Both the position numbers and the translations under genes were made by a program. This document shows, one piece after another, positions 1 through 9,121 of a DNA stretch of 64,000 bases. Each line of letters begins with the position of its first letter. Position 1 is the stretch's first letter. Below the pieces are notes generated by a model. That model made no database searches, had not been told where the DNA came from, and worked only from the letters and a program-made list of their open reading frames with translations. The stretch covers positions 1,700 to 65,699 of the IMG/VR virus record IMGVR_UViG_2687453284_000002, one strand, 5' to 3'. Source of the DNA: a virus. Taxonomy: Duplodnaviria; Caudoviricetes.

Positions 1-416
1 CGCTCGATCGCGCGCAGCGCCTCCAGCGTGGCAGCGATTGCGGCCAGGTTGTCAGCTACCGCTCGGTACTGGTCGATGGCCATCACGCGCGGGGCGCCGG
101 TGCGGTCCTGCCAGTAGACCGCGGCGCCCGGGTCGGCGGGCTCGCGCTGCCCCGAGCGCGGCAGCCCGTCCAGGCGGGTCACCACGTTCGTGCTGATGAC
201 GGTGAAGGCCGGCCGCGCCCCGAGGCGTGCTAACTCGTCGAGCACGCGGTTCACGCCGTCGGACACGGTGAGCGCCTTGGTGGTGGTGTACGACGAGCTG
301 GCGCCGTTCGTGTAGTTGACCGTGCGACGGTCCTTGCGACCGAAGCGGGCGTCCGCGCGCTGGGCGTCGGTTTTGCGCGGCCAGCCGGCGGGCCAGGTCA
401 AGGGGTAGTTCGTCAC
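1..416 (-). CDS. Phage J-domain (DnaJ-like) family protein, N-terminal part; runs off the window
   Basis: Manual translation from GTG 416, which overlaps the ASCH stop: MTNYPLTWPAGWPR...VISTN..RLDGLPRS...DPGAAVYW...DNLAAIAATLEALRAIER, the typical N-terminus of phage J-domain proteins; the J domain itself would be outside the window. Confidence 0.75.
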   Translation of the reverse strand, partial: MTNYPLTWPAGWPRKTDAQRADARFGRKDRRTVNYTNGASSSYTTTKALTVSDGVNRVLDELARLGARPAFTVISTNVVTRLDGLPRSGQREPADPGAAVYWQDRTGAPRVMAIDQYRAVADNLAAIAATLEALRAIE

Positions 417-889
417 GCGTGCTCCCGGAGTGCAGCCAGCACATCGGCTGGTACGTCGAAGAAGCCGAGTGCGCCCTTGCACGGCACGAAGGGGAGCGCC
501 TTGGCATCAGTGATCTGAAAGCCGAACTGACCTTCCATATGCCATTGCGACACGCGGGCCGCCCAAGAGGGTACGCAGTCGGTGATGGTGGCGACGCCAA
601 CGATGCCTCCGCGCTGCAGCTCCTCTAAAGCAGGCAGCACGATAGGAGCGGCTTCATTGCCGGTCAGAAAGTCTGCGCGGTTCAGGTTGCGCACGAAGTC
701 CGCCACGTCCTCGTACTCCTGCCGCGTTATGCCCTTGCTGGCGTGGATCAGCGTAGGGCCGCGATGTTTGGTCGACCAAGTGCGGTTTTCAATGTCCTTG
801 AACCCTTGGACAATTAGCCAGGCCCACGGCTGGCGGATGGACAGCGCCTTGGTCGGCAAGGGGCTAGTGAGGATGGAACGCTTATTCAT
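413..889 (-). CDS. ASCH domain protein
   Basis: KALSIRQPWAWLIVQGFKDIENRTW..HRGPTLIHAS and PCKGALGFF motifs; start placed at ATG 889. Confidence 0.9.
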   Translation of the reverse strand: MNKRSILTSPLPTKALSIRQPWAWLIVQGFKDIENRTWSTKHRGPTLIHASKGITRQEYEDVADFVRNLNRADFLTGNEAAPIVLPALEELQRGGIVGVATITDCVPSWAARVSQWHMEGQFGFQITDAKALPFVPCKGALGFFDVPADVLAALREHA

Positions 890-924
890 TGGTTCACGCT
901 CAGGTATTCGGATTGGTTGCCGAT

Positions 925-1194
925 ATGGCACCCATGACCAAGTTTTTCGACAAGAAGCTCGAGGAAGAGCTGGGCACAGGGGCGGCCCTTCAAATCGCCG
1001 GGATGGCGGCTGAACTGGGCGCCAGGATCGAGACTTACAACGCGCTCCAAAAGGCGAATGGGATGCCCACTCTTGATGAGGAATGGGAGGAAGCCGAAGA
1101 CTACGTGCGGCAGATGGTTGCGAGAGGCGAGGCCCGGCGCGAAGACTACCCGGACCTCTTTGAGGACGAGATCCCGGATGCCGAAGGCGAGTGA
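925..1194 (+). CDS. Small acidic hypothetical protein, antisense to the early-left operon
   Basis: Protein-like acidic composition; start could be ATG 925 or 934; fully overlapped by minus-strand ORF 886-1209. Confidence 0.55.
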   Translation: MAPMTKFFDKKLEEELGTGAALQIAGMAAELGARIETYNALQKANGMPTLDEEWEEAEDYVRQMVARGEARREDYPDLFEDEIPDAEGE

Positions 1195-1215
1195 CTGTGC
1201 GGGGACCATGGTCGG

Positions 1216-1512
1216 TTACCACTCCACGACGGTGTACATATCCACGAACTGCCGCTCCTCGTAGAAGAACCGAACCTTGTAGCCGAGCTCCTTTAGCTGC
1301 TTCACGGCCTCGTCGTACTGCTTGGCCAGCAGGGTGCTACGGTCGCTGCCATAGCCTCCGTTGACCCAGAAGTCTTCGTGCAGAGACACCGAGCGCTTCT
1401 TGTTCTCAGCGGCCGCGCGGATCCGGTCCAGGGCTGCGTCGACGCGCTCGGACGGCGTTGGGCCGGCGATCTCTCTCGCCTCGGCGGCGCTGAGTCGGTT
1501 CGTGTTCATCAT
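1216..1512 (-). CDS. Hypothetical phage protein
   Basis: ATGA overlap with the upstream MTase stop; 98 aa. Confidence 0.75.
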   Translation of the reverse strand: MMNTNRLSAAEAREIAGPTPSERVDAALDRIRAAAENKKRSVSLHEDFWVNGGYGSDRSTLLAKQYDEAVKQLKELGYKVRFFYEERQFVDMYTVVEW

Positions 1513-2369
1513 GCGATCAGTTCCATCTGTGCACGCTGACGCTCGAGCGCGATAGAGCATGCGGGATTAATCCAAACCACTTCGGTGCGCGCCCGTCCGC
1601 CGTCCGCCATGTGGCGGCGCTCGTGGCGCTCCCACTGCGGAAACAGTTCATCGTCGTAGAGGTCGGAGGGGTAACCGGAAAGGACCACCATCGCGCTCGA
1701 GCTGTGAAGTACTGCGGCCAAACGGCGATGGTCGTCATCGGTCATCTCATGGCGGTACCCGTGCGTCTTGGCTGACCGCCCCTGGATTGCCGAGCGCGTG
1801 CTATGTGCGTACGGCGGATCCGCATAGATCAGCGTGTTCGGGTTGTCCATGCGGACGATCACCTCGAGCGCATCACGGTTCTCGAGCAGTACTCCCTGCA
1901 AGCGCCGAGTAAAGGAGGGCACTGCATCCGGCCAGCGCATCCATTCGGCAGACGGCAGGCCCCGTCCCTCTGTCAGCTTCGACCTGAATCCGGTGCGGCA
2001 GCCGCGAGTTGCGCTGTCGCTGCCATGGCCGAAGAAGGAGCGCACGATCATCTTGTGCGCGCTATCAATGTCGTCGACGACCGGCTCATACGACCAATCG
2101 AATTCATCGCGCGAGAATGGCGTCAGTGCGACGCGGCGCTGCAGCTCGAGCGCCTTGTCCTGATCGCGCAGGACGCGGAAGACGTTGACCACCTGGCCGT
2201 CCAGGTCGTTGTAGCACTCGGCCGGCACGCGGTCCTTTTGCAGTAGGATTCCCGCGCCGCCGCCGAACGGCTCAACGTAGCAAGTGTGAGTCGGGAAGAA
2301 GCCCATGACCCATGGAGCAAGCCGGAACTTGCTGCCGTGGTAGCGCAGTACTGGCCGGCTTACGGTCAC
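1509..2369 (-). CDS. DNA adenine methyltransferase (Dam/D12 class)
   Basis: LRYHGSK, YVEPFGGGAG, YNDLD and ADPPY motifs; GTG start overlaps the Dcm-like gene stop. Confidence 0.93.
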   Translation of the reverse strand: MTVSRPVLRYHGSKFRLAPWVMGFFPTHTCYVEPFGGGAGILLQKDRVPAECYNDLDGQVVNVFRVLRDQDKALELQRRVALTPFSRDEFDWSYEPVVDDIDSAHKMIVRSFFGHGSDSATRGCRTGFRSKLTEGRGLPSAEWMRWPDAVPSFTRRLQGVLLENRDALEVIVRMDNPNTLIYADPPYAHSTRSAIQGRSAKTHGYRHEMTDDDHRRLAAVLHSSSAMVVLSGYPSDLYDDELFPQWERHERRHMADGGRARTEVVWINPACSIALERQRAQMELIA

Positions 2370-4159
2370 GCTGCAGCCTCCGTCTGTTGCGAAACGGTCA
2401 ACGCGATCGCCACCGGGCGAACCCACACGGGTGTGGCCGACAGCATGAACGTCTCGCCGGTCTCCGCCAGAAGTAGGGTGGTGCCCATCACCTCGGCGAT
2501 AGCCTGGGCCGCGTCCGGCGGTACCGCGTTGCCGATGCGCTCGCGCCAGGCCTGATCGCTCAATCCATCTAGCTCCAGGTATTCCTCCGGCTCGATCAGT
2601 GACTGGATCGCGGCCAGTTCCAGCGTGGTGAACGGGCGGTGCCAAGTACCGTCGAGGGCGCGGATGATGGCCACGAGCTTGTCGTTCGCCGCCGGCAGGC
2701 GTGGGTCAGCCACCGACCACCGGCCGTTGTCGTGGCCAGCAGCTGCCGACACCGCACCACTGGGCTGATCCCAGCCCACAACGCCGTAATGCCCGCCAGT
2801 CAGGTAGTGGTCGCCGCGCTCGCGCCGCATGCCAGGGCGCGGGTCAGCGACCGCGTACGCGCCCTGGCCGGTGTCGCTGCGCGCGATGACGGTGCCGGCC
2901 GGCTCGTCGTAGCCGGTGATCCGGTACTTGCCTGCGCCCTCGAAGCCCGTCGACGCGCGCGGGTCCTGCACACACTGACCGGTGCCGTGCGCGCTGGTGA
3001 CGGCGCCGGCGGCCAGGTGCCACGGCACGATCCGGAACTCGTTGTTATGCTTGGTCGGGCCGGCGTGGCGCGGGTCGGCCACGCTGAACGTGCCCTGGCC
3101 AGGGTTCGTGCCCGCGGTGATCGTTCCCGAGGACTCGCTCCAGCGCAACACGCCGTATTGCTGGTACTGCGCGGCGTTGGCGGGCCCGCGTGGGTCGGCG
3201 ATCGAGAACGTTCCATTGCTGGGCAGCGACTCGCCAGCGACCGCGCCAGCATGCTCGTTCCAGTCCAGTACGCCCAGCGCGCCGTTTCGGCGTTCCGGCA
3301 TGATCAGGTAATCCCGCAGGTGACCGTCGACGACTTCTAGGCGGTTCAAGCTGCGCCAGTCGCTACCAGCCTCGACGAATGCCAAGCGGACCCAAGTCTT
3401 CCACTGCAGCGACGGCACGCGATGCATCGGCCCGCCTGCGGCGTCACCAGGTTGCGGCATGCGGCCGAGCACGGTACCGACGCCCTGCAGGCGACGCAAC
3501 TCTGGCTCGTACAGGAAGGCGGGTACCTTCTCCATGTGGCGTGCCACCAGCAGAAAGCGCTTGCGGCTCTGCGCCAGTCCACCCAGTTCGCCGCAGTCGT
3601 GAGTCGTCTCGTTCACGGCATAGCCATAGTGGCGCAGGATCTGGTTGATCTGGTCCAGCAGATGCCGGCCGCGCGTAGCCAGCCGCGGCACGTTCTCGAA
3701 GACGATCAGCTCGACCGGGTCGTCCTTCCAGGCTTCGCACATCAGCCAGACGCAGCGCAGCGTCAGCTCGTTCAGCGCCTGGTACTTGGGCGTGCGGCTC
3801 AGCGTCTCGGAGAGGAGCCCAGACGCGCCCTTGCAAGGCGACGAGATGAACACGCAGTTCGGCCGCTCGTTGCCGGCTGCGCGGCGGATGTCTGCGGGCG
3901 TGGCCTCTCGCCAGCCAGCCGGCGGCTCGTTACCGTGGAACGCCGTGTACTGCTGACGGGTGAACAAATCCATGACCGTGCACGGCACGCCGACCAGTGT
4001 CTCGAAGTCGCGCGCTGCTGCCGGGTCGACATCGATGCCGCCGATGCACTTCCATGTGGCCACCATGTTGCCCACCTGCGAGGCAGCCTTCTTGAAGCCC
4101 TTGGCGCCGCCGCCGAGGCCGCAGCAGAAGCCGAACGTCTTGTATTCGCGGACGATCAT
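2366..4159 (-). CDS. DNA cytosine-C5 methyltransferase with repeated variable region
   Basis: Motif I FCCGLGG, motif IV SSPC, motif VI ENV, motif VIII QSRKR, motif X IGNAVPP; five internal ...ADPR repeats. Confidence 0.92.
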   Translation of the reverse strand: MIVREYKTFGFCCGLGGGAKGFKKAASQVGNMVATWKCIGGIDVDPAAARDFETLVGVPCTVMDLFTRQQYTAFHGNEPPAGWREATPADIRRAAGNERPNCVFISSPCKGASGLLSETLSRTPKYQALNELTLRCVWLMCEAWKDDPVELIVFENVPRLATRGRHLLDQINQILRHYGYAVNETTHDCGELGGLAQSRKRFLLVARHMEKVPAFLYEPELRRLQGVGTVLGRMPQPGDAAGGPMHRVPSLQWKTWVRLAFVEAGSDWRSLNRLEVVDGHLRDYLIMPERRNGALGVLDWNEHAGAVAGESLPSNGTFSIADPRGPANAAQYQQYGVLRWSESSGTITAGTNPGQGTFSVADPRHAGPTKHNNEFRIVPWHLAAGAVTSAHGTGQCVQDPRASTGFEGAGKYRITGYDEPAGTVIARSDTGQGAYAVADPRPGMRRERGDHYLTGGHYGVVGWDQPSGAVSAAAGHDNGRWSVADPRLPAANDKLVAIIRALDGTWHRPFTTLELAAIQSLIEPEEYLELDGLSDQAWRERIGNAVPPDAAQAIAEVMGTTLLLAETGETFMLSATPVWVRPVAIALTVSQQTEAAA

Positions 4160-5814
4160 GCCTGCTCCTTGCCGTTCAGCGGCTTGGCGACGCCGGCGCA
4201 GGGTGGCGTATCGAAGCACATGACAGTTTTCAGTTCCAGACTGGAGAGAGCCCGCGTCGGGAGTGGGGTGCCGAACTCACGTACCAGGTCGGTGGACAAC
4301 TGCGGGTGCGTGGCGGCACAGCTTGCGGCGTAGGCTCGGAGCGCGGCCGGCGCGTGCGCATCATGGTCGAGGTCCAGCACAAAATACCGGCAGCCGTGGT
4401 GCTTGCCACCGGGCGCGTCGCAGCCATCGGTGCGGCGCACGTCGAATTTGCGGAACAGCCCCTGCTGCTCGGCCGGCTTGCTGGTGTCGCGCTCGGGCAG
4501 GGAAGGTGATGCGCTCACGGCGCAGTGCTGGCACTCGCCGCGATACTCGCCGGTCGCGTCATGCACATGAACGAAGCCGCCGCAGGTGCTGCACTCTGGC
4601 GCGCTGGCTATCGGGGCGGCTTGGGCTAGGATGGCGCCGATTGCAGCGTCGGCGATTTCCGCCACGCGGTCGGAATCTTCCGCGACCAATGCAAAGTCAT
4701 CCCGCCCCATCGTACCCATGCCCCACGCCGACCACACACGCATGCAGTCATAGGCATTGCCCAGCGCGCCGGCCACTGCTTCGGATACCTTCTCGCGTTG
4801 ATCATCCGTCAGCGCGGCAGGCGCTGCGCTCGGCACGTGCTCAGGCAGCGGCGAGTGTTTCGGTTTGGCCGCTTGCTTCGCGCGGATCTGCTCGACCTTC
4901 GTCCAGATGCGGGCGAGCTCTGCTTCGCCGGCCGCATCCATGTCCAGTCCTTGCGCCAGGCATAGCGCTGCGAGCGTGACCATCACGCCGCCAGCTTCCT
5001 GGTGCTTGTCGCCAACGGGCCGGCCGTAGATGTAGTCGACAAGCTGGTGCGCCTCGCTGGCCGTGGCGCCGCAAGCCTGCACCAGCTCCAATGCCTCTTC
5101 GAGGAAGCGGTGATTGCGTTCCTGCTGGTCCGCTGCGATCTGGGCACCGAAGCATTCCATCATCCACGGTTGGACGCGCGTCTGAAACGGCGCGGGCGAT
5201 GCACTCACCGTAGGGGCCGTAAATGCCTCGCCTTCGATGGCCGGCTCAGGTTCTTCAACGTCGAAAGCCTTGCCTTGAAGAACGGCCTTAGCGATGCTGC
5301 CATCCTCAACGGTAGCGGTGCCAGCATCGTCGCACCAGAAGTTCTGCGGCTCACCCGATACCGTGTCCCAAGCTGTTTCGTCTGACAGGGTAAAGTGGCT
5401 GCCATTAGCGTAGAAGCGCAGGGCATCCAGCACAGCAAACGGCAGCGCAACCAGCTCAGCCTGTTGCTCGCTGGCACTGGTTGCTGCGATGGTTGATGGT
5501 GATGCTGCCAGCAGTTCGGCCATGGTTTGGAAGTTACTGCCAGCCAGGATGATCTCATCGCGGCCGGCCAGCACATCCTGCACGAAGCGTTCGCGCTGGT
5601 CGGCAGTGAGGTCCGGGCGCTGGATAACGGCGCGCAGCAGATCGACGGCCGTGATCTGCGGGCGCTGCGTCCAACCGGCGCGTAAGCTTTCGGCAAACCG
5701 GCCAAGGGCCGCGTCCCATGTGTTGGTGCCAGGCGTCGCAGTGAACAACCCGCATTTGCGAGCCAGCTTCCAATCGGCGTCAGTGCATTGCGCCGGCGTA
5801 ATCGATTCGCTCAT
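4156..5814 (-). CDS. Mosaic multidomain phage protein with a MazG-like pyrophosphatase segment
   Basis: 552 aa; low-complexity linkers between modules; RFLEEALELVQ...QEAGGVMVTLAAL resembles the all-alpha NTP-pyrophosphatase fold. Confidence 0.7.
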   Translation of the reverse strand: MSESITPAQCTDADWKLARKCGLFTATPGTNTWDAALGRFAESLRAGWTQRPQITAVDLLRAVIQRPDLTADQRERFVQDVLAGRDEIILAGSNFQTMAELLAASPSTIAATSASEQQAELVALPFAVLDALRFYANGSHFTLSDETAWDTVSGEPQNFWCDDAGTATVEDGSIAKAVLQGKAFDVEEPEPAIEGEAFTAPTVSASPAPFQTRVQPWMMECFGAQIAADQQERNHRFLEEALELVQACGATASEAHQLVDYIYGRPVGDKHQEAGGVMVTLAALCLAQGLDMDAAGEAELARIWTKVEQIRAKQAAKPKHSPLPEHVPSAAPAALTDDQREKVSEAVAGALGNAYDCMRVWSAWGMGTMGRDDFALVAEDSDRVAEIADAAIGAILAQAAPIASAPECSTCGGFVHVHDATGEYRGECQHCAVSASPSLPERDTSKPAEQQGLFRKFDVRRTDGCDAPGGKHHGCRYFVLDLDHDAHAPAALRAYAASCAATHPQLSTDLVREFGTPLPTRALSSLELKTVMCFDTPPCAGVAKPLNGKEQA

Positions 5815-5815
5815 G

Positions 5816-6148
5816 TCATTGGTCCTTAATCGAGGCGAGAAGAATCGCCATCGGCCCGAACTTCACCCAGCGGGACAGCGGCTGATGCGGGTGCTTTACT
5901 GCGGCGCGCTTGAGCTCGACTGCCAGCTTTTCCATCTGTGCGATCTGGAGCGCTGCCATGGAGTTCGAATCGCGCACGATGCTGAGGATCTCGTTTGCCT
6001 GTGCCAGCGCACGCTCGGCGTTATCGAGCTTTCGCCGGAGTGTTGCGTTCTCACGCTTGAGCGCTGTCGAGTCGGCTGCGAGGTCAACGATGTCCTCGTT
6101 CAGGCGACGCGTTGCCTTGCTGACGGGGGTTCCGATGGGCCAGTCCAT
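5816..6148 (-). CDS. Coiled-coil hypothetical protein
   Basis: ATG 6148 lies just after the upstream stop; heptad-rich sequence. Confidence 0.7.
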   Translation of the reverse strand: MDWPIGTPVSKATRRLNEDIVDLAADSTALKRENATLRRKLDNAERALAQANEILSIVRDSNSMAALQIAQMEKLAVELKRAAVKHPHQPLSRWVKFGPMAILLASIKDQ

Positions 6149-6152
6149 GGTG

Positions 6153-6566
6153 TTATGCCTCAGGGTGGTGGTAGTCGGCGCCCTGGACGCGTAGGTCCGG
6201 CGTTTCGCCTTCGCGCCAGATGTCCTTGACGATGCCCGCCAAACGGTCGCTGAGTTCGTCGCCATAGCGCGTCTTTACCTCAGCAATGCGGCGCATAGCT
6301 AAAGTGGTCGCGCGCTCTTCCGTCATGCCGATCCAGACTCGCTGTCCAAAGTGAGGCTTGTGGTTCGGTGCGCAGAAATCCGCGCCCCAGTTCACGTGCT
6401 TCAGGCCCATGCGGTCGCCGCAGCTCGGGCATGGCACCGTGAAAGCCGTTACCCCGTCTCGGCTGTTCCAGATGATTTCGCTGTGGCCGCAGCCGCAGGA
6501 GTAGCGCATCAGGCAGAAGGCTTCAGCGTGCTGGTGGCCGCGCGGGGTGAGAGGTCGCTGGGTCAT
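6153..6566 (-). CDS. Zn-ribbon hypothetical phage protein
   Basis: CGCGH...IWNSRDGVT...CPSCG; tight operon spacing. Confidence 0.75.
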   Translation of the reverse strand: MTQRPLTPRGHQHAEAFCLMRYSCGCGHSEIIWNSRDGVTAFTVPCPSCGDRMGLKHVNWGADFCAPNHKPHFGQRVWIGMTEERATTLAMRRIAEVKTRYGDELSDRLAGIVKDIWREGETPDLRVQGADYHHPEA

Positions 6567-6570
6567 GGCA

Positions 6571-7053
6571 TCAGTCCTCGATGCGATATCCGAATGGCAC
6601 GCTGCCGGCCACGATGCTTTCCATATGGGCCACCACGTTCGGATGCATGTTGGCGCTGCCGCCAGCGAGGTCGGCTGCCGCCTTCTTCTGCAGGTGTTCC
6701 CACGCTTCACGCGGAATCGCTGCGAACTTCGACTCGTACTGGGGGAAGCGCATCAGATCGAATTCGACAATGCGGGCAGGCCCTTGGATGCCTTGCCAGT
6801 GCTGAAGTACCTGCCACGTGATCGCACCGCCTTGAAAGCCGGTGATGCCGCCGCAGGGAGCACGCTCCACGGCCCACATCGCAGCGATACCGGCCGCCGC
6901 GATCGCGTGGCAGATCGTGCCGTAGTCGTGGTGATATTCGGTGGTCAGCTTCTGGATGAAAGCGGGCAGCGTCTCAACGGTCATGGCCTTGGCGTCGACG
7001 TACCACTGCTGGTGAACCTTCGATTCTTCGGTGATGGCTTGCATGCTGGTCAC
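6571..7053 (-). CDS. Hypothetical phage protein
   Basis: GTGA overlap with the upstream gene (alternative start ATG 7044); HDYGTICHA...GITGFQ. Confidence 0.75.
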   Translation of the reverse strand: MTSMQAITEESKVHQQWYVDAKAMTVETLPAFIQKLTTEYHHDYGTICHAIAAAGIAAMWAVERAPCGGITGFQGGAITWQVLQHWQGIQGPARIVEFDLMRFPQYESKFAAIPREAWEHLQKKAAADLAGGSANMHPNVVAHMESIVAGSVPFGYRIED

Positions 7054-7307
7054 TCCACGCAGGAATAGGGTTGAGGGCACGCCGTATGTCCTGCGCATTG
7101 CTCCGGCTTGAAGCAGAACGAAGGGCACACGCCGTACTTGGGGTCTACGTACTTATTGATGCGCGGCTGCGCTGGATAGGGCAGCGACTCGCAGGACGCC
7201 GCCTCGTGGCCAGTGACCTCTTTTGCAATCTCTTTGGCGTCAGACTCGCTCTTCGCCTCGACGCAGCCGGCAGGATAATCGTTGAACTTCAACCAGAAGG
7301 TGCGCAT
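7050..7307 (-). CDS. Small Cys-rich hypothetical protein
   Basis: 85 aa; coupled to both neighbours. Confidence 0.7.
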   Translation of the reverse strand: MRTFWLKFNDYPAGCVEAKSESDAKEIAKEVTGHEAASCESLPYPAQPRINKYVDPKYGVCPSFCFKPEQCAGHTACPQPYSCVE

Positions 7308-7309
7308 GG

Positions 7310-8182
7310 TCAGTCCCTCACGTTGATGGCTGCCTGCTGCACATCCGCCGCAAGCTGCTGGTCTTCGACGGAGGCGAAGAGGCGGTCATAGCTCCAGGTC
7401 GTGTCGCGAAAGACGCGGCCGTCGCAGAAGTCCTCCAGGCAGGCCAGGATGTCGTTCGCGATGTCCTTGTCTTCGGTGGTCTCGATCTGGAAGCGGTCCA
7501 GCGCATTGCGGACGCGATAAGGGCCTTCCGACCAGTCGCCGCGCGTCTGCTGCATGGCTACCGCCAGATCAAGGCGCTGGTGCTTCGCGCACAGGGCCTC
7601 CAGCACATCCGGCCAATCTGAATCCTGGTCGAGGCCGTAGCGCAGGATGATCGACGCCAGGGCAATGTTCTTGCGCCGTTCTTCCTTCTGGCGCTCTGCT
7701 TCGGCCTCGCGCAGCTGCTCGGCACGCTTTGCTTCTTGCGCGGCGGTCGCTGCATATTCCTCGTAGCGCTTCTTCAGGGATTCATAGGTCGAAGTGGCGG
7801 AGGCAAAGCCGTCGGACACGACCACATGCTTGGCGAGGTCACCCAGGTATCCGGCGGACACTGTCCTGCTCTTGGGATAGCGCGCCCGCGAGGCATGGTC
7901 CCGCTCTGACCAGGTATCGGGGATGCCGGCCGCCTTCATCAAGGCAATAACTCGCTCGCGAAGCGCCTGGTTGTGTGCCAACGCCGCGAGGTTCTTCTCA
8001 TGCGCCTCGAGGTCCTTGGCGCGGGCAGCCTCCAATGCACGCATCGCGTACGCTGCGATTTGCGACGCGCTCGGCTTCGAGTAGCCGACCTTCGCAGCGT
8101 GCTCATAGCCGCCTGGGTGGCTCTGGCATTTGCCGACGTGGCCGACCATCTCGATCGGCATTGCCTTGGTGATCTCTTCCAT
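7310..8182 (-). CDS. Hypothetical phage protein
   Basis: Protein-like only from ATG 8182; the upstream part of the listed ORF runs through a structured non-coding region. Confidence 0.75.
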   Translation of the reverse strand: MEEITKAMPIEMVGHVGKCQSHPGGYEHAAKVGYSKPSASQIAAYAMRALEAARAKDLEAHEKNLAALAHNQALRERVIALMKAAGIPDTWSERDHASRARYPKSRTVSAGYLGDLAKHVVVSDGFASATSTYESLKKRYEEYAATAAQEAKRAEQLREAEAERQKEERRKNIALASIILRYGLDQDSDWPDVLEALCAKHQRLDLAVAMQQTRGDWSEGPYRVRNALDRFQIETTEDKDIANDILACLEDFCDGRVFRDTTWSYDRLFASVEDQQLAADVQQAAINVRD

Positions 8183-8199
8183 GTCTTGTGCGCTCGATG

Positions 8200-8375
8200 A
8201 AGGGGTGGGCGGGCCGGCGACTTTCCAACCAAAGGAGTAAGGGTGTCGCGCGCTATTTATCGGGACTCGGCGTTGTCCCGTCGCCGGCCTGCCCGTTGAA
8301 AGGGTGGGGTACTCGCTGCGTTCCGCCGTCCACACGGTTAGTCCCTGGCTCGGACATCCGCTTTCCCCCGTTGAT
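8200..8375 (-). ncRNA. Candidate tandem structured RNA elements in a 400-nt intergenic region
   Basis: Closing stems GGGG-GAA...AGUA-CCCC and GGGCAGGCCGGCGAC/GUCGCCGGCCCGCCC, each beginning with UCAACGGG. Confidence 0.45.
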
Positions 8376-8583
8376 CGGTTGCCGCTTACCCTCGTGCGGC
8401 GACGCGTCATTCCCCCGCGGTGGGGACTTCTTGCGCCGGGTGCCCTGCAGCGGTACAGGGGCCAGCCAGTTGCCGGAGGCTCGGCTTCTGGCATCTCATG
8501 GCGGTCGTACCTTCTGTCGACCAGTTCTCGGCCGGCAGTCGGATTGCAGCGGTGCTCTGCCGCGCGACCCTCTCGGGGTGCAT

Positions 8584-9087
8584 TTAGTCTTCGACTTCTT
8601 CCTGCGCGTCCTCGTCTACAGTCAGGCTCATGTGCACTTCCTGACCAAGCAGCGCGATCAGCCGGGCGCTGACCTTCTCGTCCGGGTGCGCCTGCGCGGT
8701 GAAATCGATGAAAACAGTGCCGCCTTCCTGCATGTCAAAGACCAGCTTCTTGACGCGGACATCGTCGAGCTTGATGTCGTCTTCCTTCTTGACCTTGTGA
8801 TGGATAGTCAGCAGTTGGTGTTCCCAAGTGCCTTCCCACTTCTGCATGCCCAGCTTTGGGTTCTTCAGATTCGGCAGGTGATCGGCGGTAGTGACCAAGT
8901 CGCCCTGCACGCTGTCGTCCTTGTGGTAGAAGCTGGACTTCAGCGTCGTCGAGAACATGGCCAGCGAGTCGTTTGACACGCGGGCGCGGAGGCGAAGATC
9001 CATCCCGAGCACTGGCTCGTCGCCGTGCTTCTCGTTGCGCACGTTCACGTGCAGGATCTTCACCATCTGGTTTTCGAGTTCGAGCAT
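8584..9087 (-). CDS. Hypothetical phage protein
   Basis: 167 aa; AAGGA SD; sits directly downstream of the recombination genes. Confidence 0.8.
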   Translation of the reverse strand: MLELENQMVKILHVNVRNEKHGDEPVLGMDLRLRARVSNDSLAMFSTTLKSSFYHKDDSVQGDLVTTADHLPNLKNPKLGMQKWEGTWEHQLLTIHHKVKKEDDIKLDDVRVKKLVFDMQEGGTVFIDFTAQAHPDEKVSARLIALLGQEVHMSLTVDEDAQEEVED

Positions 9088-9121
9088 TCCTTGGGCTCCG
9101 TAGAAGATGAGAGGGCGGGGA

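Noticed and set aside
7310-8494. 394-aa version of the ORF
   Set aside because: The N-terminal 104 codons are Arg/Pro/Gly-rich and run through structured non-coding elements; start moved to 8182
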